The notes: generated from the letters alone by a model not told the origin. A stretch of 64,000 nt of DNA from Candidatus Nomurabacteria bacterium (GCA_026395955.1 JAPLXR010000004.1:3883-67882), one strand, 5' to 3'. Counted from the first letter of the stretch, positions 27,305 through 38,147 are shown. Numbers and translations: made by a program.

Positions 27305-27787
27305 TTATGCTTCTATCATAGCATCGATTTCTTTATCGATTTCTTCTTTGTTTATTTCTGGAGCTTCTTCCCCTTCTGCACGGACTTTTGGAGTGTATTT
27401 CTTTGCAACAGCTCCTCCTGCAACAAATTTCTTTGTAGCAATTGTATTTTCACGAACAGTTTTTAATATAAGGAAACGAACAATTTTAACATCTAGATCA
27501 AGTTTCTTTTTTAATTCTAAAACTTTCTCAGGATCCATAGCAAACTTTACCCAACCGAAGTATGCATTGTCGAATTTGTGTTTCTTGTTTGCAATAATTT
27601 TTTCGATAGTATAAGCGAGTTCTATGTCTCTAGGCATTTCATCAGAAACTATTTCTCCATCGAGTGATGAAATAAGTTCTTTTAAATTACCATATTCTAA
27701 GGCTACATCTGCTTCTTCGATTGAATTACTCAAAAGGTAACCAACTTCATAAATACGAGCATCTGAATTTTTTGTATTATCTTCCAT
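27305..27787 (-). CDS. rpsF: 30S ribosomal protein S6 with extended acidic C-terminal tail
   Basis: 160 aa. First gene of the conserved rpsF-ssb-rpsR arrangement. N-terminal region YEVGYLLSNSIEEADV... Confidence 0.8.
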   Translation of the reverse strand: MEDNTKNSDARIYEVGYLLSNSIEEADVALEYGNLKELISSLDGEIVSDEMPRDIELAYTIEKIIANKKHKFDNAYFGWVKFAMDPEKVLELKKKLDLDVKIVRFLILKTVRENTIATKKFVAGGAVAKKYTPKVRAEGEEAPEINKEEIDKEIDAMIEA

Positions 27788-27827
27788 TTTTGTTTAAATT
27801 TAAATTTATTAATATATGTCATGGCCA

Positions 27828-27845
27828 TTGATCTATATAGATCAA
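27828..27845. promoter_or_regulatory. perfect 18-nt palindrome TTGATCTATATAGATCAA in the rpsF 5' leader
   Basis: 9+9 perfect inverted repeat containing two GATC sites, ~40 nt upstream of the rpsF start codon. Confidence 0.4.
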
Positions 27846-28008
27846 ATGCAATATAGACGACCTGCTATATCGAACATATATGCTTAAATTAGCAAAAAAA
27901 ACCTTATTTGTCAAACACAGAAATAAATAAAAACTAATAAAATTTAAGGAGTCGTGGGTCCCCTGTCCTATGTCTCCGAGGGCGAAGGCGGGAAAATTTT
28001 ATTAGTTT

Positions 28009-28800
28009 TTATTGTATTCCAAAGATTCTTTTAGCATTCTCAAAAGTAGCCATAGCAACTTCATTTTCAGTCATATTTTTAAGTAAGGCTATTTTTTTAA
28101 CGACTTCTTTTACCATGTATGGTTCACAAGTTTTACCTCGATACGGTACAGGTGCAGCAAAAGGTGAATCTGTTTCCGTCATTATTGATTCTATAGGTAT
28201 TAATTTTATAACTTCATCATAATCAGTAGTAAAAGTAATAGGTCCATCAAAAGACATTGTGAATCCTATAGCGAGTGCTCGTGTTGCAATAGTGACATCA
28301 CCGACAAAGAAATGAAAATTACCACTCAAAAAATTATTTTCTTTTTTATAATTTTCTAAAATATCAAGAGCGTCTTCGTATGCGTCCATATTCCCTTTTG
28401 ATGGTCTTGCATGTATCATCAGTGGCTTGCCTACTTTTATAGCCAATTCAATATGACTCTTAAAAATTTCTTTTTGTTTTTCTTTTGTAGTCTCATCTGC
28501 TCCACGAAAATAATCTAGACCACATTCACCGATACAAACTACTTTTGAATTTTGTGCTAATGTTTCATATTTTGAAATATCAAAATCCTCACTCGTATTA
28601 TCTGTCGGATGTAGTCCAACTCCCACCCAAATAAAATCATATTTTTCTGCTATAGTTATAGCCTCCTTCGAGGTCTCATAGTCCACACCAATAGTAATAG
28701 TACTTACATTATTTTCTACCATACGAGCAATAACCCCCTCATGATCAGACTTGAGTGGTTCTAAATTTAAATGTGAATGTATGTCTATGTATTTTGTCAT
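28009..28800 (-). CDS. tatD: TatD-family metal-dependent hydrolase (DNase)
   Basis: 263 aa. IDIHSHLN at the N-terminus, GECGLDY, HARPS..., and ETDSP motifs of the TatD family. Confidence 0.85.
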   Translation of the reverse strand: MTKYIDIHSHLNLEPLKSDHEGVIARMVENNVSTITIGVDYETSKEAITIAEKYDFIWVGVGLHPTDNTSEDFDISKYETLAQNSKVVCIGECGLDYFRGADETTKEKQKEIFKSHIELAIKVGKPLMIHARPSKGNMDAYEDALDILENYKKENNFLSGNFHFFVGDVTIATRALAIGFTMSFDGPITFTTDYDEVIKLIPIESIMTETDSPFAAPVPYRGKTCEPYMVKEVVKKIALLKNMTENEVAMATFENAKRIFGIQ

Positions 28801-28848
28801 ATATCTATTCTACACAAAAAAGACAAATAAAAAAGCCATAATGATTAA

Positions 28849-29856
28849 TTATTCATTATGGCTCAAATACTTATCTTCAACTCGTCTTTTTTCAGAAACA
28901 GCAATAAGCTTTTTCTGAACTCTCCTAGTGCTAAATTCAGTTTCTTTTAATAAACCTTTTCTTAAAAGAAGTTCATCACGAATGTCAGCAGATTCTTCAA
29001 ATTTTTGACTATCGTTACTTTTTTCAAGAAGAATCTTCAACTCTTCTTCTGTCATATTTTCATAATCAATTCGTTGGAAAGTATACTCAGTTGCAGTTTT
29101 AGAACACCGCATAAAAAGAGTAAGTAATCCTTTGCAATTTTTAGAATCATTAAAGTTACCAATATTAATTTTTCCTTTAACATTTCTATCAAAATACATC
29201 TTTGTATCAGCAACAAGAAAGAAAAACTTATACTCACCTAACTCTACTAGAGATACCGGATTTATAATCAAAATAGAAACATTTTTATTACCAGAAATTA
29301 TTTTATATTTTAAAAACTCTAATAAATCTGACAAGTTATTTTCATCTGGATATTCAGAAAGTAATACCGTTACTTTCCCCTGTCTATTAAGAAATCCATT
29401 CAGAGCAATAATCGCTTGATTCTTAAAAAAAGAATCATTTTGAAAAACTTCAAAAATATACACATACGATATAGCAGTAGTAAAAATACAATTTAATACA
29501 TACCGAGGCTTAACATCTTCATCAATTCCAAAGCAAAAATTTTCCTTTTTAAAAGCTTTTTCTTTAAGCCAACAATACCAATATGGGTCTGTTTTTTCTG
29601 TTGTTGTTATTTTATTATTACGATAATAACTTTCGTCTGGGAAAGAACGCATAAAAGTTTCTTTAATTTCTCTTTCTACTTGTTCTTCTTTTTTATTTTG
29701 TTCAGCTAATTGAGCTATAATTTCTTTTTTAATTTTTTCTTTTAATTTTTCTTGTTTCTTTACTTCTTGTCTTTTATAAATTCTTATAGCAATCCAAAAA
29801 ACAAACGCAATAATGGTTGTCTCTATTGCTTCTTCAAGTAAAATACTTGTATTCAT
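28849..29856 (-). CDS. hypothetical membrane-anchored protein
   Basis: 335 aa. One N-terminal TM, Lys/Glu-rich coiled segment, then an uncharacterised domain with several Cys (YWYCWLKEK, FCFGID). Confidence 0.35.
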   Translation of the reverse strand: MNTSILLEEAIETTIIAFVFWIAIRIYKRQEVKKQEKLKEKIKKEIIAQLAEQNKKEEQVEREIKETFMRSFPDESYYRNNKITTTEKTDPYWYCWLKEKAFKKENFCFGIDEDVKPRYVLNCIFTTAISYVYIFEVFQNDSFFKNQAIIALNGFLNRQGKVTVLLSEYPDENNLSDLLEFLKYKIISGNKNVSILIINPVSLVELGEYKFFFLVADTKMYFDRNVKGKINIGNFNDSKNCKGLLTLFMRCSKTATEYTFQRIDYENMTEEELKILLEKSNDSQKFEESADIRDELLLRKGLLKETEFSTRRVQKKLIAVSEKRRVEDKYLSHNE

Positions 29857-29922
29857 TTTTCAAGGTTTTAATTAATACTTATTTAACTTCAAAATAACAT
29901 GAAGTGTTAAAAAATACAATAT

Positions 29923-31380
29923 TTAATCTTTTCTCAAAAATAGTGGTTGTTCTGGCATTTTTCCAGATTTTGCAATTTCTACAATTTTTTTACTGGTCTC
30001 TGGAAGTACAGGCGTGAGCATCATTCCAATGTTATGAAGCTTTATAACTAGTTCTTTTATAATCTCAACAGCTTCTTCTTTATTTGTTTTCACAAGTTTA
30101 AATGGTTGTTTTGTTTGTATTAACTCATCAAGCTCAGTAACGTGTTTAAAAACTAAATTCATGGCCTCGTGTATATTAAAATTATCCATCGCAACGATTA
30201 CTGGAGCCCAATCTTCAGTAAGAGTCATTGCTGGAATCTCAGTAATAGTTTCTAAATTTGTCTCTGCCATTTTCATAATACGACTAGTAAGATTCCCTAT
30301 TCCATTTGCAAGACCTGCATTATAAGCATCTTTAAAACGTTCCATAGTAAATGGTGAATCTTCAAACGAAGAAACTTCTTTAGCAAGGAAAAAACGAAGT
30401 GCATCAGTACCGTATTCAGATACAATATCTTTCGGATCAATGACATTACCAAGTGTTTTAGACATTTTTACTCCACCATCAGCAGTAATAAAACCATTAA
30501 TAATTATTTGATGAGAATTCGGCACATCAGCTGCCATTAGCATTGCTTGCCACATTGCAGATTGAAAACGAAGGTTGTCTTTACCACAGTATTGTGTAGG
30601 ATTTCCATTTACCCAATATTTATCAAAATCTCCACTAGCCTCTGGCCATCCAAGTGTAGATATATAATTAGTTAAAGCATCAAACCAGACATACATAACA
30701 TGCTCTTCATCCCCTGGTACTGGTATACCCCATGGCATTTTATCCTTCAAACGTGAAATAGAAAAATCTTGAAGTCCACGTTCAACGAATGCTTTGATTT
30801 CATTAAAGCGAAAATCTGGTACAACAAAATTTGGATTTTCTTTATAAAAATTTAATAATTTTTCAGTGAATGCACTATATTTGAAAAAATAGTTTTCTTC
30901 TTGAATAATTTCAAGCGCACGTCCAGGATGTATAGGACACTCATCATTTACAATTTCAGAATCACTCTTGGTTTCTTCACAGCCTACACAGTATCTAGCT
31001 TCATAATTCTTTTTGTAAATATAACCATTATCATATACTTTTTTCCAAAATGCTTGAGCAGAATTTATATGATTTTCATTAGTGGTACGAGCAAAATGTA
31101 AAATACTTTCATCCATTCCAAAGATATTAACTGAGTCTTTAAATCGAAAAAAACTATCATTAACAAACTCTTGAGGAGTCTTCCCTGCAGCAACTGCTTT
31201 CTCGTATATTTTCATTCCATGCTCATCTGTACCTGTATTAAAAAATACATCATAGCCATTTAATTTTTTATAACGAGCAATAATATCAGCACGAATAAAT
31301 TCCAGTGCATGACCCATATGGAGATCTGCATTCACATACGGAAGCGTAGTAGTAATGTAAAAACTATTTTGATTCTTCAT
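29923..31380 (-). CDS. metG: methionyl-tRNA synthetase (short form without C-terminal appended domain)
   Basis: 485 aa. HMGH (LHMGHALE) and KMSKT (KMSKTLGN) class I motifs. Zn-knuckle CVGCE...CPIH. Confidence 0.95.
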   Translation of the reverse strand: MKNQNSFYITTTLPYVNADLHMGHALEFIRADIIARYKKLNGYDVFFNTGTDEHGMKIYEKAVAAGKTPQEFVNDSFFRFKDSVNIFGMDESILHFARTTNENHINSAQAFWKKVYDNGYIYKKNYEARYCVGCEETKSDSEIVNDECPIHPGRALEIIQEENYFFKYSAFTEKLLNFYKENPNFVVPDFRFNEIKAFVERGLQDFSISRLKDKMPWGIPVPGDEEHVMYVWFDALTNYISTLGWPEASGDFDKYWVNGNPTQYCGKDNLRFQSAMWQAMLMAADVPNSHQIIINGFITADGGVKMSKTLGNVIDPKDIVSEYGTDALRFFLAKEVSSFEDSPFTMERFKDAYNAGLANGIGNLTSRIMKMAETNLETITEIPAMTLTEDWAPVIVAMDNFNIHEAMNLVFKHVTELDELIQTKQPFKLVKTNKEEAVEIIKELVIKLHNIGMMLTPVLPETSKKIVEIAKSGKMPEQPLFLRKD

Positions 31381-32461
31381 TTTCTTTTTGTTCGTTTTGT
31401 TCTTTTGTAAAAATTTTATGCTTCTCTATATCATTCAACAATTCCATAATAAACACAGCACCAGGAATAGCGAGTACTACTCCCCAAAAACCTGCTAAAT
31501 TAAAACCTACTAATAAAGCCAAAATAACTATAAGTGGAGAAAGCCCCGTCACACGCTTTACGATGAGTGGAGCGAGTAAATAAGCTTCAAACTGGTGAAT
31601 AATGAAATATGCACCACCTACCATCAAAGCACCAGAAAATCCACTAGAAAGGTATCCTAGACCAATAGCAGGTACCATAGATACTATCATTCCATATGGA
31701 ACAAGTTCAAATATTCCTGTAAGTACAGCGAGAAGAAGTGCATATTGTATTCCTAAAATAGAAAGGACTAAGTACACCAAAATACCAACGATAAGTCCGA
31801 GCATCATTTGTCCTTTTATCCAAAGTGCAATCTTCCTACGGACACGTTCCCATAGATCGACAGCATAGTCTTCGTGTTTTTGAGGAACAACAATGCGAAG
31901 GAAACTTTCGATTCCCTTTTCTTGAATTGAAAGATAAAAAGAAATAACGATAATTAAAACTACGTTGAATATACTACCGAATGCATAAGACAATGTAGAG
32001 AAAAATCCACTTGAAAGATTTGAGATAAATGCTTTTGAAGTAGTTAACAATGTACTAATAGATAGATTGTTTTGCAAATTAGCAAAGACGTCTTTAGCTC
32101 CTGAAAAAGCATCATTGTGGAAGAAATTTACAAGACCTGAGTCTGGGAAATAATTTGCTAAAAGCGTAGAGAAATTATAAATTTCTGTAATTAAAAGAGG
32201 GGCAAATAGATAAAATACTCCTGCTAAAAAAGTAAGGCTGAAAACATATAGAAGTATTACTCCAAAAACTCTACCTATTCCTATTCTTTTCATTCTAGAA
32301 CTTGCAGATTCTACGAATGAAGCAATGACAATTGAAGTTAAAATGATAAGAACTAAATCTCTAAGATAATAAAGAACAAAGAAACCAAGTAACACTAAAA
32401 CAGCCCGAATCATAGTACTCGTAGTAATAGAAATAGCCACACTTTTTTTATTTTCTTGCAT
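31364..32461 (-). CDS. AI-2E family (PerM/UPF0118) transporter-like membrane protein
   Basis: 365 aa, 8 TM helices with the typical AI-2E arrangement and a conserved Gly-rich last segment. Confidence 0.7.
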   Translation of the reverse strand: MQENKKSVAISITTSTMIRAVLVLLGFFVLYYLRDLVLIILTSIVIASFVESASSRMKRIGIGRVFGVILLYVFSLTFLAGVFYLFAPLLITEIYNFSTLLANYFPDSGLVNFFHNDAFSGAKDVFANLQNNLSISTLLTTSKAFISNLSSGFFSTLSYAFGSIFNVVLIIVISFYLSIQEKGIESFLRIVVPQKHEDYAVDLWERVRRKIALWIKGQMMLGLIVGILVYLVLSILGIQYALLLAVLTGIFELVPYGMIVSMVPAIGLGYLSSGFSGALMVGGAYFIIHQFEAYLLAPLIVKRVTGLSPLIVILALLVGFNLAGFWGVVLAIPGAVFIMELLNDIEKHKIFTKEQNEQKENEESK

Positions 32462-32485
32462 AAGAATATTATAACATTAAAAGTC

Positions 32486-33781
32486 TTAAACTTTCAAAAT
32501 AGGTAAAAACTCGCTAGTTTCTTTGAAGGGACCAATAAGGGCAAGGTTCAAATTTTTATCTTGAAAAATCTTGCGAGCCATATCGCGAACTTGTTTAGGT
32601 GTAACTGCTCTTATTTTCTTTGCTTTATCTTCTGCATTTTCTATTTTCTTTACCATTATCTCTTGTCCCCCATAAAAATTTGCAACATCATCGGTAGACT
32701 CGAGACCCATCTTCATCCCTGCAGTAAATATTTCTTTTACTTTATTTAATTCTTTTTCGGATACTAATTCGTCTTTTAATTTTTTACATTCTTCTAAAAT
32801 TGCAGTAATAACTTCCTTAACTCTTTTATTGTCTACACCGGAAGAAATTTGAAAAACTCCATGGTCTGTATATGGATCTGTATTTGCACGAACATAATAA
32901 CAAACTCCCATTTCCTCGCGAAGCTTATGAAAAAGTCTTGAGCTCATCCCTGCTCCCAAAACTCCTGCCATTACAGAATTAATTGCATTCTTTTTATCAA
33001 AAGCATTTAATGCACGAAATGCTAGAACAAAATGTGTCTGATCTGTGGCTTTGTGTTTTATTTTAGCTTGTGGAACTGATTGTTTTTCTGTTGTTTTTAA
33101 TTTTCCAGATTTTTTCTCACTTTTCAAATGAGCAAAAGCTTTTTTAACTTCTATCATCATGTCCTTTTCACTCACTCCCCCAGCAACAACGACAGTAGTA
33201 GCTTTTGGAACGTATTGTTCTTTTTTGTATTTAACAAAATCATCACGTTTCATTTTTTTAATATTTTCTATCGGACCAGCGATGTTCCATCCTGCTGGCT
33301 GGTCACCATACAAAACGTCCATGATCATATCTTGCACATGACGCATTGGTAAGTCTTCATACATATTTATTTCCTCTATAATCACACCTTTTTCTTTTTG
33401 CATTTCTGCTTCAGGGAAAGTTGAATTTAAATATACATCACTCACAACATCAAAAATCTTTTTGAAATGTTTAGCATCACTTTTTGCATAATAGCCTGTG
33501 TATTCTTGGCCAGTAAAAGCATTGTATTGTGCACCCATAGTATCGAGCTCAGTAGTAATGTCACGTGAAGTAGGACGCTTTACAGTGCCCTTGAAACACA
33601 TATGCTCCAAAAAGTGAGACAAGCCATTTATCTCTTTTGTCTCATATTTACTACCTGTCTCCACCAAGACCAAAGCCGTAACCGTCGGGCTTTCTTTCAT
33701 TGGTATTGTTATAACTCGTAATCCATTCTTTAAAATTGTTTTTTTAGCTTTCATACGTTTTATATTAGCACATTTTTTCAA
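32486..33781 (-). CDS. M16-family (insulinase/pitrilysin-like) zinc peptidase
   Basis: HFLEHMCFKGT inverted zinc-binding motif (HxxEH) and downstream E. The start is probably the internal Met (MKAKKTILKNGLRV) near 33754. Confidence 0.8.
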   Translation of the reverse strand: MKKCANIKRMKAKKTILKNGLRVITIPMKESPTVTALVLVETGSKYETKEINGLSHFLEHMCFKGTVKRPTSRDITTELDTMGAQYNAFTGQEYTGYYAKSDAKHFKKIFDVVSDVYLNSTFPEAEMQKEKGVIIEEINMYEDLPMRHVQDMIMDVLYGDQPAGWNIAGPIENIKKMKRDDFVKYKKEQYVPKATTVVVAGGVSEKDMMIEVKKAFAHLKSEKKSGKLKTTEKQSVPQAKIKHKATDQTHFVLAFRALNAFDKKNAINSVMAGVLGAGMSSRLFHKLREEMGVCYYVRANTDPYTDHGVFQISSGVDNKRVKEVITAILEECKKLKDELVSEKELNKVKEIFTAGMKMGLESTDDVANFYGGQEIMVKKIENAEDKAKKIRAVTPKQVRDMARKIFQDKNLNLALIGPFKETSEFLPILKV

Positions 33782-34262
33782 GTGTTTCTTTTATCTCCCG
33801 ATTATTTCGGACAATAAATATTTTTTTAGTATCCTTATAATTTTCTACCAATAAGAGCATTTCTTTTTTAGGGAATTGAACAATATATTTTATTAAATCC
33901 CAACCAAGTTTTTGTTTCGCACCATCTGGACCCTTGAATGATTCGTGTTTTTCAAACATTCTAATAAAAGCCCTCCAAAGACATCGCCACACGGGAAAAT
34001 CAAAATATACAATCACATCAGCTCTTTCTAACCTCATGTCAATTGTTTTTTTGTAACTACCTTCTATAATCCATTTATCTTCGTCAACAATTTTTTTTAC
34101 TGCTTGTTTAAATTCAACTTTTGTCGGATAACGCCGTTGCCAATTCGAATCCCAAAATATTTTATCGAGAGATACAATCGGTCGTCCTAATTTTTTACCA
34201 AGCTCATTTGCAAAAGTAGATTTACCAGAACCAGATATTCCAAAAATTGTTATACGGTCCAT
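33765..34262 (-). CDS. small P-loop NTPase/nucleotide-kinase-like protein (topology-modulation/adenylate-kinase-related fold)
   Basis: 165 aa, ITIFGISGSGKSTFANEL Walker A. Size and layout of the AAA_33/FlaR-like kinases. Confidence 0.55.
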   Translation of the reverse strand: MDRITIFGISGSGKSTFANELGKKLGRPIVSLDKIFWDSNWQRRYPTKVEFKQAVKKIVDEDKWIIEGSYKKTIDMRLERADVIVYFDFPVWRCLWRAFIRMFEKHESFKGPDGAKQKLGWDLIKYIVQFPKKEMLLLVENYKDTKKIFIVRNNREIKETLEKMC

Positions 34263-34267
34263 AGAAA

Positions 34268-35581
34268 CTAATTTAGTTTTTCTTTTATATAAGAATTCAA
34301 ATCACTTACTTTTACTCTCTCTTGAGTTCCAGTATCACGATCACGGACAGTGACAGTATCATCTGTGAGTGTGTCGAAGTCGACGACGATACACCATGGC
34401 GTACCGATTTCGTCTTGTCGGCGGTAACGCTTACCAATGTTTCCATTATCATCCCAAGCAATTCTTCCAAATTCTTCTTTGAGTGGGGCAAAAACTTTTA
34501 CATTCGCATATTCGACGAGTTCAGGTTTATTTTTTAGAAGTGGAGATACACAAGAAATTATAGGAGCCATTTTAGGCTTGAATTTCAAGAATACACGAGT
34601 TTCTTCACCACTTGTGTCTTCTGTATATGCAGATAGGAATAAGGCTAAAAATGCACGGTCTACACCAAAAGATGGCTCGATGACATGAGGAGTCATCTTT
34701 TCACCAGCTTCTTCGTCAACATATTCTATTTTATGAGTATTCAAATCAAAACTTCCACGATAAGCTAGTCCAAAAAGTTCTTTGCGTCCGAAAGGATAAT
34801 CAAATTCGAAATCCACTGTACGCTTTGAATAGTGAGCAAGGTCTTCCCCTGCTACTTCGAGTTCATGGACTTTACTCATATCGATACCGATGTCTTCCAT
34901 CCACATAGACATTTGTTCTTTCCAATATTCAAAATGTTTTTCCCAATCAGCTTCACGAACAAAATATTCTATTTCCATTTGTTCGAATTCTCTTTGACGG
35001 AAAATAAAATCACGAGGAGTTATTTCATTTCTAAATGCTTTACCGATCTGAGCCATACCGAAAGGAAGTTTTGGATGATAAGCATCGACAGTATTTTTAA
35101 AATTCACAAAAATACCTTGTGCTGTTTCTGGACGTAAATATGAAATAGCAGAAGAATCTTCATTTGCTCCGACCTTAGTCTGAAACATCATATTAAACTG
35201 TCTTGGTTCACCAAGTTTACCATTACATTCTGGACAAATTTCTTGTAAATTTGGATCGAGTTGATCTGCACGAAAACGACGTTTACATTTTTCACACTCT
35301 ACCATTGGGTCAGCAAAATGATCAGCATGACCAGTCGCCTGCCAAACTTCTTGACGCATAAGTATTGCAGCACGAATACCGTACATATCTCGACGAGCAG
35401 AGACAAACCTCTTCCACCAAGAATTTTTTATATTATGAAGCAATTCCCCTCCTAGGTCTCCATAGTCAAAAGTACCAGCGAGGCCACCATATATTTCAGA
35501 ACCTTGAAATATAAAACCTCGTCTTTTGCAAAGACTTACCACTTTCTCCATCAATTCATTTGTTTCTTTTTCTTTTGACAT
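34268..35581 (-). CDS. glyQS: glycyl-tRNA synthetase, dimeric (alpha2) class II type
   Basis: 437 aa, N-terminus MEKVVSLCKRRGFIFQGSEIYGGLAGTFDYGDLGGEL... Class II motifs 2 and 3 and an anticodon-binding C-terminus. Confidence 0.9.
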   Translation of the reverse strand: MSKEKETNELMEKVVSLCKRRGFIFQGSEIYGGLAGTFDYGDLGGELLHNIKNSWWKRFVSARRDMYGIRAAILMRQEVWQATGHADHFADPMVECEKCKRRFRADQLDPNLQEICPECNGKLGEPRQFNMMFQTKVGANEDSSAISYLRPETAQGIFVNFKNTVDAYHPKLPFGMAQIGKAFRNEITPRDFIFRQREFEQMEIEYFVREADWEKHFEYWKEQMSMWMEDIGIDMSKVHELEVAGEDLAHYSKRTVDFEFDYPFGRKELFGLAYRGSFDLNTHKIEYVDEEAGEKMTPHVIEPSFGVDRAFLALFLSAYTEDTSGEETRVFLKFKPKMAPIISCVSPLLKNKPELVEYANVKVFAPLKEEFGRIAWDDNGNIGKRYRRQDEIGTPWCIVVDFDTLTDDTVTVRDRDTGTQERVKVSDLNSYIKEKLN

Positions 35582-35584
35582 ATA

Positions 35585-37504
35585 TTATTGTATTACTCTT
35601 TCTGTACCAGCTGTTTCAGTAGCAAGCCTTGTAGTTAAAGAAGCCTTGTTAACTGTTACATCTACATTAGCAAAATCATCGTGTCCGGTCAAAATTGCAT
35701 CATTTATAATTGTTGGTATATCTCCTACTTGTGATAATGAAGGTTTAAATCCAATTTGGAAAGAAACTTGTTTACTATTATTTCCACTAATACCAGCCCC
35801 TTTTGGTATACTTCCAATATTCCAAATTACTTGTTTTGAACTATCATCATACTTTACATCTTCTGAAGCAGGATCAATAGGGCCAACAAAACGAACAAAA
35901 GCAGGTAATGTCGCAGTCATTTTTGCATTTGAAATACTATTTGCAGTATTTGAAAGTGACCAAACTATTGTATAAGTAGTTTCTTGTTCAGCTTTTGGTG
36001 GTAATGGTCCACTATTAGGTAATGTGCTTCCAGAATATAAAGCCTTTACTGTGACACCAACATCTGAAATCAATTTAATTGTTTTAGATTCAGAATCAGT
36101 CAAGGAATTATTTATATTACCTTCAAGTGGTTGTTTACCTGAAATCGATACATCTATAGTAACTGTCGGACTATCTAAAAGACCACTAGAAGAAAACAAA
36201 GATAATGGAGCTAAAGAGAAATCAACAGAACCTGTATCTCCTGGATTTACTTCAGTAAAATTAGAGAAGGAACTTTTGTCCCACAACATAGTATTTGAAA
36301 CAGAATCAAAAATACCCTTAGAGACAATTACCTTTGACCGATCGAAGGCATTACCAGAAATTCTTGCAGTTATAGATAAATCGTTTATTTTTGTAGTTAA
36401 ATTATTTGCCCATTGTATTTGACCTTGAATAGGTGTCTTTGAATCAGACACATATGAATTTTGATAAATACCATTCACAAAAAGTCTCGCTTGAATAAAT
36501 GGTTTATTTATTAAAATAGTATGGCCTAAAGAATTAAATACAACACCGATATTGGCTTTATCATTTTGATCTGCTGAACCAGTAAAGAAGTGAAAGGTTT
36601 TTTGTTCACCATCTTGAGCCCCAATCATACTACCTGTTATTGTAATAGTTCTATCTGCTCCAGGAGAGATATCACCCAAATTCCAAACATTATTATCTAC
36701 CGTCGGAGAAGGGTTTGCGTTCTTGAATTGAAAGCCGACAGGATAATCAGCTTTCAACAAAAGACCTGTTGCTGATTTAGTAGAATTAAGTGTAGCCTTT
36801 ACATTAAAAGTAATATCTTGATTAGGTGTAGCTGTGTCTGGAGCATTTATTGCTAAATCAATAGGAGCAGAACTAATAGATACAGAATAATCTTTTTCTT
36901 TAACAAAGATAGCATTGGAACCTTCTACCCTATACTCTAGAGATACTTTTATTGGCCTAATACTACCTTGTTCACCAAACAATACAACCTTTACTGTATC
37001 TGTGTGTATTTGACCAGCTGGAATAGTGCCGAGTGAATCTCGAAGCTTATTTGAATCTTGAGCCAAATCAACAGCTGAACCTTTTGGATACTCAACTACA
37101 AGATCTGCTAATTCAAGTGGTGCATTATTTTTATTTGTAATTTCAATCTGTAAAGGTAAATCTTCACCCCCTGCTGTAAAAGCATTACCCAAAATCGCAA
37201 TATCAATATTATCATTAGAAACAGTATTTCCTCCACCTAAGAATGAATACAGGGCAAAAATAATTGCTAAGGCAAAAAAACATATTGAAAAAATAAAAAA
37301 CTTTTTAAAAATAGATGTTTTCATAAAAATTTTATCTGTTATGTTAGATTCCTCTTCTTCTTTCCATGAATCTGGAATGTCGTATTCTTTCTTATGAAGA
37401 ATTCCAGAACGTTTTATTTGTAGATTTTTATAGCTTTTACTAAAAAGCCTGCTCTTCATATCTTCTAATCTATGAAGTTTTTCTTTTTCTTCCTCATTTT
37501 GCAT
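35585..37504 (-). CDS. hypothetical single-pass membrane protein with large beta-rich extracytoplasmic region
   Basis: 639 aa. Cytoplasmic Lys/Glu-rich N-terminus, TM FFIFSICFFALAIIFALY, then repeated beta-strand-rich segments. No family recognised. Confidence 0.35.
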   Translation of the reverse strand: MQNEEEKEKLHRLEDMKSRLFSKSYKNLQIKRSGILHKKEYDIPDSWKEEEESNITDKIFMKTSIFKKFFIFSICFFALAIIFALYSFLGGGNTVSNDNIDIAILGNAFTAGGEDLPLQIEITNKNNAPLELADLVVEYPKGSAVDLAQDSNKLRDSLGTIPAGQIHTDTVKVVLFGEQGSIRPIKVSLEYRVEGSNAIFVKEKDYSVSISSAPIDLAINAPDTATPNQDITFNVKATLNSTKSATGLLLKADYPVGFQFKNANPSPTVDNNVWNLGDISPGADRTITITGSMIGAQDGEQKTFHFFTGSADQNDKANIGVVFNSLGHTILINKPFIQARLFVNGIYQNSYVSDSKTPIQGQIQWANNLTTKINDLSITARISGNAFDRSKVIVSKGIFDSVSNTMLWDKSSFSNFTEVNPGDTGSVDFSLAPLSLFSSSGLLDSPTVTIDVSISGKQPLEGNINNSLTDSESKTIKLISDVGVTVKALYSGSTLPNSGPLPPKAEQETTYTIVWSLSNTANSISNAKMTATLPAFVRFVGPIDPASEDVKYDDSSKQVIWNIGSIPKGAGISGNNSKQVSFQIGFKPSLSQVGDIPTIINDAILTGHDDFANVDVTVNKASLTTRLATETAGTERVIQ

Positions 37505-37548
37505 ACCTTTAATTATAACACTTAAAATAATATTTTAAAATAGAAATA

Positions 37549-38145
37549 TTACATTTGTGTTTCATGTAAGGCCTTATTTATTTCTATTAAAATTTCTTTC
37601 TTATTTAGAGTTACATAAGGCAATAAACCTTCCACAAAAGGCGAAGAAACCAGTTCATCTACTTTTTCGTGATTACCTAAATATCCTAAATGATATAAAA
37701 TACGTAAAACTAAAATCATTTCTATGTTTTGTATTTCTTCTTTTTGAATTTCTTGATTATTTATTTTATTTTCTAAAATATAAAAACCATCTAAGATGTC
37801 TTTAAATAAAGCTTCATTTTGTTCCTCCCCTTGTAAAAGTCTCTTTAAGAGTTTAGATATATTAGCAACTGTCTGTAATCCTATTTCTTTTTTAATTAAT
37901 TTATCTAATTCACCAGTTTTTTGTGCACTCGTAATACGCCAGAATTCTTTACCGCGGACTAAATCTACTTTTACATAAGAAAAATCTTGTAAAACGTAAC
38001 GAAGTTTCGAAGACATTTTCCTTATCCCCTGCGCCGATGCATTTATCATGCCTAGTTCACGAGTAAAAATAGAATAGAACTTTCCAGTCTCTCCGAAATC
38101 ATTACTACCCAATATTATTCCTTCTGTGTGATAGATATGGTGCAT
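37549..38145 (-). CDS. recO: putative DNA repair protein RecO (short form)
   Basis: 198 aa. N-terminal OB-fold-like TEGIILGSNDFGETGKFYSIFTRELGMINASAQGIRK resembles the RecO N-domain. Shorter than typical RecO. Confidence 0.45.
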   Translation of the reverse strand: MHHIYHTEGIILGSNDFGETGKFYSIFTRELGMINASAQGIRKMSSKLRYVLQDFSYVKVDLVRGKEFWRITSAQKTGELDKLIKKEIGLQTVANISKLLKRLLQGEEQNEALFKDILDGFYILENKINNQEIQKEEIQNIEMILVLRILYHLGYLGNHEKVDELVSSPFVEGLLPYVTLNKKEILIEINKALHETQM

Positions 38146-38147
38146 TT

